This document shows positions 18,501-26,005 of a stretch of 64,000 nucleotides of DNA, in pieces. Where the stretch lies: the IMG/VR virus record IMGVR_UViG_3300013105_000022, positions 64,001 to 128,000 of that record. One strand, given 5' to 3'. Every line of letters starts with the position of its first letter. Within the stretch, counting starts at the first letter, position 1. The position numbers and the translations under genes were made by a program. This DNA comes from a virus (lineage: Duplodnaviria > Caudoviricetes). A model generated the notes under the pieces. It searched no databases. It had not been told where the DNA came from and was given only the letters and a program-made list of their open reading frames with translations.

Positions 18501-21500
18501 CGCTGACGCCAAGCAGAACTTCTCCGACCTTTCCCCTAAGGCCGCTCTGCTCGCTCAACTGAAGCTGGATGCCAAGGTAGAGAAGCTGGACGAATGGGAG
18601 AAGGAGCTTCTTGCAGAGGGAAGCACTGACAAGATTCAGATCGGCTCTCGTACCCCGAAGACAAACGCTACCGGTGTAACCGGAGGACAGTTCAACAAGG
18701 GCGACGTTCAGAGTGCCATCGACATCCTGGAGAACTACAACGGCAAGCTGTTCAAGAGCGAACTGAACAAGAAGGGCAACCCTCTCGGTAAGCTGTCCCC
18801 GAACGACATCGTAGGCTTCGATAAGGACAAGACCCTTACCAAGCAGAAGTTCATTGATCTTCTGAAGAAGAAGGTTGCTCCGAAGGAAGCTCCTGTAGAA
18901 GAGGCTATGAACAAGCAGTTCGACATCTCTCAGGAGCCTGAAGAGGGTAAGGTTGTCGCCGCTGATCCGGACATGAGCGCTCTCAAGAATGCCCCGGTGG
19001 GTACCATTGTGAGCAGGCCCACTCCTCCTTACATGGGTACGCCTAACGGTCTTCAGAAGTACCAGAAGAACGAGGACGGCACTTGGTCTAACATTGAGGG
19101 AACTACTCCACCAAAGCAGTCTGATAGCGTCTTCTTCTACAACACAGCCATGAGTGGTGGGCTGAAGTGGAGCGCTCCGGATGTTCCAGAGAGGGAAGAC
19201 AACGGCCAGTACGCTGACGGTGACCTGATCCAGTCATTCGAGAACTTCAAGAATCTGCCGGTCGGTTCTGAAGTTAGCTTCCAGTCTAAGTACGGTGGAG
19301 ACCCCTCTACCTATGTAAAGACGCGCCCCGACACCTGGGTAGTATCCGATGACCCAGACCTCAAGCTGAAGGATCAGAACTTCAAGAACTCCGTCGAGGG
19401 TGGATCACTCAGCTACAAGAAGACAGAGCCTACCGCTCCTGATGCCGACGACTCCCTGGATGCTACGCTCGACGCGCACTTCCAGATCATGGCCGAGCTT
19501 GACAAGGCTGTTTCCGTTCTGCCCGCTGAAGAGCGCGGCGAGAACGGTGATGGCTATGTCATCGTGCACACGGAGAAGGGTCCAAAGATCACGTGGGGTA
19601 AGTTCGGTGGTGGAGGTATCGCTACCGTAGCCACGGACGAGAACGGTGTGAAGAAGGTCCTCATCGGTAAGCGTGGAGACCGCGATGAGTGGTACCTGCC
19701 GGGTGGAGCTATCGATGAGAACGAGAGCCACCTTCAGGGTTCGCTCCGTGAGTTCACCGAAGAAGTAGAAGATGGTGACGCCATTCTGGACAGCATCCAG
19801 ATCACGCAGGCGTACCAGGCTGTCATCGGAAAGATCGAAGGAACGGACAAGGACTGGAAGTACGTCACGTCTGTTGCTACACTGCCTTCCATGATCGATG
19901 TCAAAGCACCGGATAGCATCGAGGATTGGGAACTCAAGGAGTACCAGTGGTTTAGTGCTGAAGAGCTTAATGTGCTCGATGCTGAGGGTAAGCTTCACCC
20001 TGCCCTGGGAGGAGGAAACCTTGCCAAGATGGTAGGTTTCTACGACACGGAAGTTGACGACCTCCACGCAGACATCCTCTCCCTCATGAACGAGCCGGAC
20101 AACCTCAACGAGGATCGATACGACATCTCCAACTGGAAGAAGGTCGATGGAGGTCAGGGCGGATCGAACCCTGGCGGCGTGTACGAAGACCCTCTGGGCA
20201 ACAAGTACTACGTCAAGGAGTCCAACGGCGGCGAAGCACCGATGCATAACGAGGTCATCGGTGGCGCACTCTACAAGGCCGCTGGTGTCAACAGCAACGA
20301 AGTCTTCTTCGTTACTAAGGGCGATCAGCGTCTTCTGGCGACCCCGTGGATCGAGAACAACGGGCAGAAGATGCTTGACGTTCTCGACGGCAACGAAAAT
20401 GAGTTCAGGAAGAAGGCCCAGGCTGACTTCGCTATCGATGCCTGGCTGGACAACTACGATGTCGTCGGTATCGGCCCGTGGAACCTTGTGGCTGACGAGA
20501 ACGGTGATCCTCTACGACTTGATCCAGGCGGCTCGATGATGTTCCGTGCTACTGGAGCAGAAAAGTCGTGGTGGAGCGACGAGCCTACCGCTATCGATGA
20601 CATGCGCTTCGGTTCCAGCAACTCCAGTGCCTACACTTACCTCCCGAATGTCTTCGGTGATATGACGGGCGATCAAGTGAAGGAATCTGCGAAGAAGCTC
20701 CTCGCGGTGACCCCCGAGAAGATCAGCACTATCGTCAACTCTTCCGGGCTTGACGAGGATACTAAGGCCAAGCTGTACTCGACTCTGGTGATCCGCCGTG
20801 AGAAGATTCTGGACCGCTTCGGTCTGACTCCTGAGGGAACGACGATTGACGTGCCCGAAGCCGTTTCTGGTACCCCTGCATTCACTAAGGGTACGACAGT
20901 CAAGCTGAAGGGTACCGGTCAGCAGTTCCAGGTTGAGCTTTCTAACAATGAGGCTACAGCCGGTCTCGTAGACGGCAAGTTCCTGGTCTTCCTGAACGAC
21001 GAGCTTACGGGCGATCTGGAAGCTAACTTTAGTGCTCAGCACGCCTTCACATCGAACGGTGAGAACTTCAAGCAGGCTGAGGCCGTTGAGGTCATCGACC
21101 CGAAGAACCCCGGACAGAAGATTCCAGGATTCGTCATGAAGGCCGACTGGTCAAGTGGTCTCGTACAGGTCATGACAGGCGCTGAGGGTGGAGAAACAAC
21201 CAGCATCGAGGTAGACAAGTCTCACATCACGAAGATGCCTCAGCAGGCTCCACAGCGCGTCGAGCTTCCAGAGGGCTACGCTAAGGTACCTGAGGGCCAG
21301 AAGGCATTCGGCAAGTACCCGAACCTGGGTTACTACGTCACCGTGGACGAGAGCGACGAGACTCACGTCTATGGAATCGATGGCAGTTCTTGGGCAGGAG
21401 GACCTAAGGCCGCTTACGAGCAGGCATTCAAGAACCCTGAAAGCTCCTGGGAAGCTTGGAGCGGAGATGGTTCCGCTCCAGAGCCGCAGGCTACCCCAGA

Positions 21501-23376
21501 GGTCGAGACTCCTGCCGATGGCCCGAAGGACAGCGCGGGTCAGGTGGTCGCTATGGGCGACAACGTGACTATCGTCAAGTACAACAAGGGCGGACTCTCC
21601 AACAAGGCCACCATCGTCTCGATCAACTCCGAGAAGGGAACCGCAAAGGTTCGCCGTCTGGATGAGAACGGTGTGCCTATGGTGGGCGAGAACGGCAAGC
21701 CTCTGTACGCTACGATGTCGCTGTCCAGCCTCCGCAAGGACAACCAGACCGTGAACGAGAGTGGTCTGCCTACAGGCATCACCATGTCTGGTGGAGACAA
21801 GAACAGCCCTCTGTATGGACAGCCTGAGCCTGTCGCACCGGCGGCTACTCCACAGACCGAATCTGATGCCCCAATCGTCTCTGACGAGTGGATCAGCAAG
21901 GCCACAGAGGCTTACAAGGCCTACCGCTCCAAGAAGGGCCTCCCTGAGAAGGACCTGAAGCTGTCTACCACGGCTTGGGGTCCTATCGAGAGAGCCATGA
22001 AGGGTGACGAGTCTGCGCTGACCGCTATCAAGACCAAGGGTTACCTGGACGAAGACCCGGCCCTGTATGAAGAAATTCAGCAGGCCATCGACGCACAGAA
22101 GCTCAAGTACGCTGACATCATCGCTCAGCACGAGCAGGCTGTAACCGAATACCAGAAGCAGAAGTCCGAATGGATGACTGCCAATGGTGTTGCCTCCTAC
22201 ACGCCGATCAAGCACGAGCAGACTCTTCAGATGAACGAGAACGAGTCCAAGGACTGGGCACTCAAGAAGTACACCAACATCTTGAGCAAGCTGACCTCGA
22301 AGGCTAAGCAGGGTCTCCAGAGTCAGAAGGTCTCGTCGGACTGGCAGACGGTCATTCGCAAGCTTCCAGCCATCCTGGGTCTTCGTCGTGAGGACGTAGC
22401 TAGCGCGCCTGGAGTGCATGAAGCGAACATGCAGACGTGGGACAACATCAAGGAAGCCACAGACCAAGCAGGGCCTGTAGGAGAGGCCTTCCGCGCCGTA
22501 CGTACCATCTCATTCGACCGACTGGTTGGCCCGGACGGTAACCCTCTGACCTCTGATAGTGACCTGACCAAGATCATCGGTTCCATTCAGAAGGATCACG
22601 GAGCTATGGAGATTGTTCCAGGTTCCGTCGATCACGGTGGTAAGATCGCTGACTTCTACCCTGTCATCATGGACCTCGCGGTTCCTGCCGACGCCAAGGG
22701 AATGTACACGGGCTTCGAAGAGTTCTCTTACAACGAAGAGCACGGAATCATCATGGAGCCTGGACTGGCCATGTACATCTGGGGTGCCGAGCAGAAGAAG
22801 ATTCCTCAGTTGGGTGGACTTACGAAGTGGGTCGTCAAGGCCTCTATCATCCCGCGCGATGTTCTGCCGTACATGAACAACTTCCAGGGTGATCCGATGA
22901 GTCACAACATCCTGATCCCTGGTAAGGACACCACGACCGGTATCACTTCATCTCCGTTCTCGGAAGAGAACTGGGGAAAGAGCACTCTCGCGGAGATTAA
23001 GAAGGCCAAGATCGATGACGCCGTTGTGGACTTCGATGGCAAGCAGTGGAAGAAGATCAACGACATCTCAACGGGAACGAAGATTTGGTGGCAGAACGGT
23101 ACAGGTAAGAAGGCCTCTGACCAGTTCCTCTTCGACAACTTCATGGGCGAGAAGCCCGCTCCGGAAGTCTTCGAGACCGTACAGCCTAAGGGATACAGGT
23201 GGACTGAATCCAAGCTGGACAATCTGAGCATCGGAGATAACGTCGTAGACAGTGACGGAGATATCTGGCAAAAGATTTCTGGCGGTGAATGGAAGCTGAT
23301 CCAGAAGAATGGCCCTAGCAACTACCTCGAAGTGGGCGAAGTTCGCTCCAGCTATGCCGTCGCATCCTACATGTAA
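15508..23376 (+). CDS. 2622-aa polyvalent head-module protein (GNAT-like, L7/L12-CTD-like, NUDIX, PI-kinase/HipA-like, VIP2 ART-like, repeated small modules)
   Basis: NUDIX box GGAIDENESHLQGSLREFTEEV; kinase-like YYVK..NE..DAWLDNYDVVG..NLV..LDPGG; lies between MuF and the protease. Confidence 0.8.
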   Translation: MSTELELEFIELAVGKGRRVQTAEGARFYGQPIGTLITPDMIKKARSAAKAKGITPPKGGLSPKKAPQVSVGAGKASPAGNFNADPSAGAPVGADTSGKFQVKPSSIKGPQGFKVGATQYSAPSGSKLIRPKNQEEFAYVVTPDGSVHAFTAAGELDVPDYLEPVLTKKFKDLKGDDTLYKVDTFDAPSSLAEQKPGSTLSKNGKPLFKKQANGVWMNEDIGAELTDDDLQRLYDGGSFDLEPANTVEDIDFSKLTTDELQAALEAMPDGKQMKFSKTVVTKKNGKWNSSATGKNTSSEDLAYMSAGTGSITDKLDNPEVAPEPGKADKAAKEKEASDPLRNPENELNETNAQKKKATEAKATGAEILKSEVGAVVYHDVAGALTKQDNSTWENTDGASFAEVNIVDSANMGYISNEPWTPEQKDAKEKFDAENTLTVGGKELSTVGKFGENDRSEAIKADGGSTPNVFELEATPENVKTFRDAMQKSLEGNPYSASVYVYDESDYAGMRLFLSDDGKSGIALHDGDEIVSVFSDPKSKNKKVARHLISVAVENGGKRLDAFDTVLPGIYAKEGFIVKSRLKWDDDFAPENWNKETFKKFNNGEPDVVFMQYEKGMEDLDYEPGSGDYVDDYDKGLASTGGKAQDENDYRPEIGDPDNEENSVETTKSGYVVNDEVKSSLAEGKKINAILNLKNSNKGMSLAEAKKEIDAMVLEGYQPGDTVSGNMLWELPEGAKIKTASGGEFTKNENGNWVTKNGGVFSSSDMYDDGMDAEIVSNPAAKQKKIEAPKVEEPEVDPDEEFHSLLEANEVTVEKLIDLKAGDIISNGEFEFTKDENDKFVNDQFLYEFDADDFSQDIDNGKISIVEQTGSDDEEAVDADTATVDDLKAMKPGDSVNIADFKYVMNDDGKLVSDTSGWLFDPQEFEQDLKTWGSKKSDITPSQTVEKYGENGNEFLPEAQAKQAIESLEAHSGFQIKYGLKSLPEDHPLKNQEYLDGYLADAKQNFSDLSPKAALLAQLKLDAKVEKLDEWEKELLAEGSTDKIQIGSRTPKTNATGVTGGQFNKGDVQSAIDILENYNGKLFKSELNKKGNPLGKLSPNDIVGFDKDKTLTKQKFIDLLKKKVAPKEAPVEEAMNKQFDISQEPEEGKVVAADPDMSALKNAPVGTIVSRPTPPYMGTPNGLQKYQKNEDGTWSNIEGTTPPKQSDSVFFYNTAMSGGLKWSAPDVPEREDNGQYADGDLIQSFENFKNLPVGSEVSFQSKYGGDPSTYVKTRPDTWVVSDDPDLKLKDQNFKNSVEGGSLSYKKTEPTAPDADDSLDATLDAHFQIMAELDKAVSVLPAEERGENGDGYVIVHTEKGPKITWGKFGGGGIATVATDENGVKKVLIGKRGDRDEWYLPGGAIDENESHLQGSLREFTEEVEDGDAILDSIQITQAYQAVIGKIEGTDKDWKYVTSVATLPSMIDVKAPDSIEDWELKEYQWFSAEELNVLDAEGKLHPALGGGNLAKMVGFYDTEVDDLHADILSLMNEPDNLNEDRYDISNWKKVDGGQGGSNPGGVYEDPLGNKYYVKESNGGEAPMHNEVIGGALYKAAGVNSNEVFFVTKGDQRLLATPWIENNGQKMLDVLDGNENEFRKKAQADFAIDAWLDNYDVVGIGPWNLVADENGDPLRLDPGGSMMFRATGAEKSWWSDEPTAIDDMRFGSSNSSAYTYLPNVFGDMTGDQVKESAKKLLAVTPEKISTIVNSSGLDEDTKAKLYSTLVIRREKILDRFGLTPEGTTIDVPEAVSGTPAFTKGTTVKLKGTGQQFQVELSNNEATAGLVDGKFLVFLNDELTGDLEANFSAQHAFTSNGENFKQAEAVEVIDPKNPGQKIPGFVMKADWSSGLVQVMTGAEGGETTSIEVDKSHITKMPQQAPQRVELPEGYAKVPEGQKAFGKYPNLGYYVTVDESDETHVYGIDGSSWAGGPKAAYEQAFKNPESSWEAWSGDGSAPEPQATPEVETPADGPKDSAGQVVAMGDNVTIVKYNKGGLSNKATIVSINSEKGTAKVRRLDENGVPMVGENGKPLYATMSLSSLRKDNQTVNESGLPTGITMSGGDKNSPLYGQPEPVAPAATPQTESDAPIVSDEWISKATEAYKAYRSKKGLPEKDLKLSTTAWGPIERAMKGDESALTAIKTKGYLDEDPALYEEIQQAIDAQKLKYADIIAQHEQAVTEYQKQKSEWMTANGVASYTPIKHEQTLQMNENESKDWALKKYTNILSKLTSKAKQGLQSQKVSSDWQTVIRKLPAILGLRREDVASAPGVHEANMQTWDNIKEATDQAGPVGEAFRAVRTISFDRLVGPDGNPLTSDSDLTKIIGSIQKDHGAMEIVPGSVDHGGKIADFYPVIMDLAVPADAKGMYTGFEEFSYNEEHGIIMEPGLAMYIWGAEQKKIPQLGGLTKWVVKASIIPRDVLPYMNNFQGDPMSHNILIPGKDTTTGITSSPFSEENWGKSTLAEIKKAKIDDAVVDFDGKQWKKINDISTGTKIWWQNGTGKKASDQFLFDNFMGEKPAPEVFETVQPKGYRWTESKLDNLSIGDNVVDSDGDIWQKISGGEWKLIQKNGPSNYLEVGEVRSSYAVASYM

Positions 23377-23387
23377 GGAACTAGAAA

Positions 23388-23816
23388 ATGGCAAATGAAA
23401 TCCTAGTCATCAGCCCTGAACTGAAGAAGCTGATCGATTCTGTTCCTGTAGAACTTCTACGCAGGGGGCCAGAGCGTTACGACTCTCTGCGCCCCTCTGC
23501 GCGAGGCTCCTGGAAGACTGTCCTATACGACGGCCTACCCATCGCTGTGGCGTGGACGGACTGGAAGGAAGGCTTCGGGATTATCAACCTGAAGACCGAA
23601 GAACCCACAGACCGTCTAGAGAATTACGTCATCACAGCTAAAGCGCTTGACATCCCCGCCGGTTGGGCGTATACTTCACTTGAGACAGTTGTATCTAAGT
23701 ACGAGTTTGACCGAGAGGTAACCCTATCCGGTCAGACGGACGGCAAGCTGAGCAAGCTCACACAGGACGAGGAGACAGAAGTCGATACGGAAGAGGATGA
23801 CGATGACACTGAATAA
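23388..23816 (+). CDS. hypothetical protein
   Basis: AAGGA RBS; acidic tail. Confidence 0.75.
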   Translation: MANEILVISPELKKLIDSVPVELLRRGPERYDSLRPSARGSWKTVLYDGLPIAVAWTDWKEGFGIINLKTEEPTDRLENYVITAKALDIPAGWAYTSLETVVSKYEFDREVTLSGQTDGKLSKLTQDEETEVDTEEDDDDTE

Positions 23817-24129
23817 GAAGCTTGAGGGCGACATCACACAGGTTGAGGGGTACTACCTCGCCGTAGCTCGTGGTGCCGATTCGGGTGAGTTCATCGGCTT
23901 CTATGGCTTCACTCCTGACGGAACCTACATCCGCAACGCGGGTAACTGGATCACCGCCACAGGCCCTGCCCTGAACAAGCTCAACGGTGCTCAATTGGTC
24001 GAGATGAAGAACACATTCATCCTCCGCTTTGACGCATTGGACAAGAAGGGACTCCTCCCTCCCGGAGATGATGTCCTGGAAGAGAAGAGCACAAAGGGCA
24101 ATCCAGGCTCCTGGGATTCACAGAACTGA
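23803..24129 (+). CDS. hypothetical protein
   Basis: AAGAGG RBS; overlaps the previous gene. Confidence 0.7.
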   Translation: MTLNKKLEGDITQVEGYYLAVARGADSGEFIGFYGFTPDGTYIRNAGNWITATGPALNKLNGAQLVEMKNTFILRFDALDKKGLLPPGDDVLEEKSTKGNPGSWDSQN

Positions 24130-24160
24130 AATAAAGGATCGTCGTTCATACCGACATAGT

Positions 24161-24169
24161 GCGATAGTA
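24161..24169 (+). promoter_or_regulatory. late promoter motif
   Basis: 15 nt before leaderless ATG 24176. Confidence 0.8.
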
Positions 24170-24175
24170 CTAGGT

Positions 24176-25288
24176 ATGGACGACGATCTTGTTTATGTAC
24201 CCGACGAAGGCAACTCCTTCGTTGAGCTTTCGCGCACCCCTTCGGGTAAGCTGTACCGCAAGCACATCCTTACCAAGGGTCCTCTTTACTACCCTGGCGT
24301 AAAGGGCGGAAAGATTGACGTAGACGACAAGTTCCTTGATACGGTTGTCAAGAACTTCAACGATCACGTCGTATCTCACGTACAGGCACCGGTGGTCGAT
24401 GGAAACAATTCCCACACCGAAGACCCGTTCCGTAACATTGGTGAAGTTATCAAGGTTGAGCGTGAGGGTGATAAGCTATACTCGTACATTGACGTACGTG
24501 ACGAAAAGGCTGTCCCTCTTGTAGGTAAGACTCTTCTTGGTGCTTCTGCTATGTTCTCCCTCGACTGGAAGAACAACAAGACCAACATGCGTGTTGGACC
24601 GGCCCTGATTCACACGGCCATTACCAACAACGCTCATGTCAACGACCTCGAAGATTTTGAGGAAGTGCGACTCTCCAATGGAGTGAGCGATAGTAATACA
24701 CGACAGAAGGCAGTGGTACTTTCCGCTAGCCCAGACGACAACACTAAGGATGGTTCCGCAATGGACCTAGACGAACTGATTGCAGTCCTTAAGGACGAGC
24801 ACGGTATCGACGTTCCTGAGCTTCAGAAGGCGGCTGGCAAGGCTGACAAGTTCGCCAAGCTTTCTGCTGAGCTTCAGGAGAAGCTTGCTACGGGCGAGGA
24901 TGCAGTCCTCAAGCTGAGCAACACCGATGACGAGGCTTCTGCCGAGGACATCGTTGCCGCAGTTGCTGACCTCGTACAGTCCCGCGTAGAGCTTTCCTCC
25001 AAGGTCGATGGCCTTGTCAAGGATGCCGCTACCGCTAAGGCTGAGGCTCGCATCGAAGAGCTTGTTGCCGGTGGCTTCATCGCCCCTGCCAAGCGCGCCG
25101 AGAACCTGGAGCTTCTGCTCTCCAACGCCGAGCTATTCGAGCGTATGGTTCCTGAGAAGCCGCTCGTCAAGCTCTCTGCTGAGGACGGCCAGGAGCACAA
25201 GGATGACTCGCACGACGAGACTGTCGCAAGTGAGGTCGCCCGTCTTTCCGCCGATGCCAAGGCCAACGGCCTTCTCATCGAGGCCTAA
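24176..25288 (+). CDS. capsid maturation protease-scaffold fusion
   Basis: Herpes/HK97-type pattern (NSHTED, GASAMF, AITNNA) followed by a coiled-coil scaffold. Confidence 0.8.
   Translation: MDDDLVYVPDEGNSFVELSRTPSGKLYRKHILTKGPLYYPGVKGGKIDVDDKFLDTVVKNFNDHVVSHVQAPVVDGNNSHTEDPFRNIGEVIKVEREGDKLYSYIDVRDEKAVPLVGKTLLGASAMFSLDWKNNKTNMRVGPALIHTAITNNAHVNDLEDFEEVRLSNGVSDSNTRQKAVVLSASPDDNTKDGSAMDLDELIAVLKDEHGIDVPELQKAAGKADKFAKLSAELQEKLATGEDAVLKLSNTDDEASAEDIVAAVADLVQSRVELSSKVDGLVKDAATAKAEARIEELVAGGFIAPAKRAENLELLLSNAELFERMVPEKPLVKLSAEDGQEHKDDSHDETVASEVARLSADAKANGLLIEA
24687..24695 (+). promoter_or_regulatory. internal late promoter motif
   Basis: GCGATAGTA inside the protease gene, before in-frame ATG 24761. 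Confidence 0.7.
24761..25288 (+). CDS. nested in-frame scaffolding protein
   Basis: Own promoter motif, AAGGA RBS, MDLDELIAVLK. Confidence 0.65.
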   Translation: MDLDELIAVLKDEHGIDVPELQKAAGKADKFAKLSAELQEKLATGEDAVLKLSNTDDEASAEDIVAAVADLVQSRVELSSKVDGLVKDAATAKAEARIEELVAGGFIAPAKRAENLELLLSNAELFERMVPEKPLVKLSAEDGQEHKDDSHDETVASEVARLSADAKANGLLIEA

Positions 25289-25318
25289 GCCCCTACTACC
25301 AGCCCCTAGGAGAACATA

Positions 25319-25729
25319 ATGGTAGAATACGCAGGTAACGCGATTCCAGCCGCTGGCATTACGCGCGGTCAGAACGTACCCGACGACGAGATTCTGTACT
25401 CGACTGTCGGATTCACACAGAAGGGTGTCACTCTAGCCGCTGGCCAGGGTACGCTCCTTGCAGGTACCGCCCTTGCACGTAAGACTTCCACGAAGGAATA
25501 CGTCAAGTTCGCTTCCGGTGGTGGAGATGGTACGGGCACTCCGCTCGGTATCCTCCGCAAGACGGTTGCAACCGGTTCCGACGCAAACGGTCAGAAGTAC
25601 ATGGGTAACATCGTTATCGCTGGTATCCTCAAGCTTCAGAAGGTTTCTTCGGCTAACGGCGGTGTCTCGAACATCACGACTCCTCTTGGAGCAGTCGCTA
25701 ACGACGTACTCCAGACGTTCAAGTTTTAA
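25319..25729 (+). CDS. head decoration protein (lambda gpD-like)
   Basis: VTLAAGQGTLLAGTALAR...DGTGTPLGIL; precedes the capsid gene. Confidence 0.8.
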   Translation: MVEYAGNAIPAAGITRGQNVPDDEILYSTVGFTQKGVTLAAGQGTLLAGTALARKTSTKEYVKFASGGGDGTGTPLGILRKTVATGSDANGQKYMGNIVIAGILKLQKVSSANGGVSNITTPLGAVANDVLQTFKF

Positions 25730-25733
25730 CCCA

Positions 25734-25871
25734 TCCCTCGCCCCGAGCGGGGGTACTGAAAGCAGATGGTCGGCTATTTGGTCGTCTATCTGGGGGGCTG
25801 AAACATAAAACAGCGGGACGCTGAGGGTGTGACTCAGAATTACATATTCTGAGTCCATCCCTGAGTAGCCC
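25734..25871 (+). other. multi-hairpin intergenic structured element
   Basis: Stems 25763-69/25786-92, 25797-800/25811-14, and a perfect 25831-40/25846-55. Confidence 0.5.
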
Positions 25872-25876
25872 AATGT

Positions 25877-25885
25877 GCGATAGTA
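25877..25885 (+). promoter_or_regulatory. late promoter motif for the major capsid gene
   Basis: GCGATAGTA; the leader carries two C(UUCG)G hairpins. Confidence 0.8.
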
Positions 25886-26005
25886 TCAATCAGAAGTAAA
25901 AACTCAAACTTAGATCAACCAAGTGACATCTTCGGATGTGGTGCAGATCGGGCCTTCGGGTCGCTGATTCCCTGTAGATAGGCATTTCTACCTTAGGAGA
26001 TTCCA

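Noticed and set aside
21151-22467. 438-aa antisense ORF and similar long antisense ORFs (12781, 17514, 19405, 34703)
   Set aside because: Expected from the codon bias of the sense genes; no motifs or start signals
25750-25870. Hammerhead ribozyme (CTGA and GAAAC present)
   Set aside because: No CUGANGA core in the required stem arrangement
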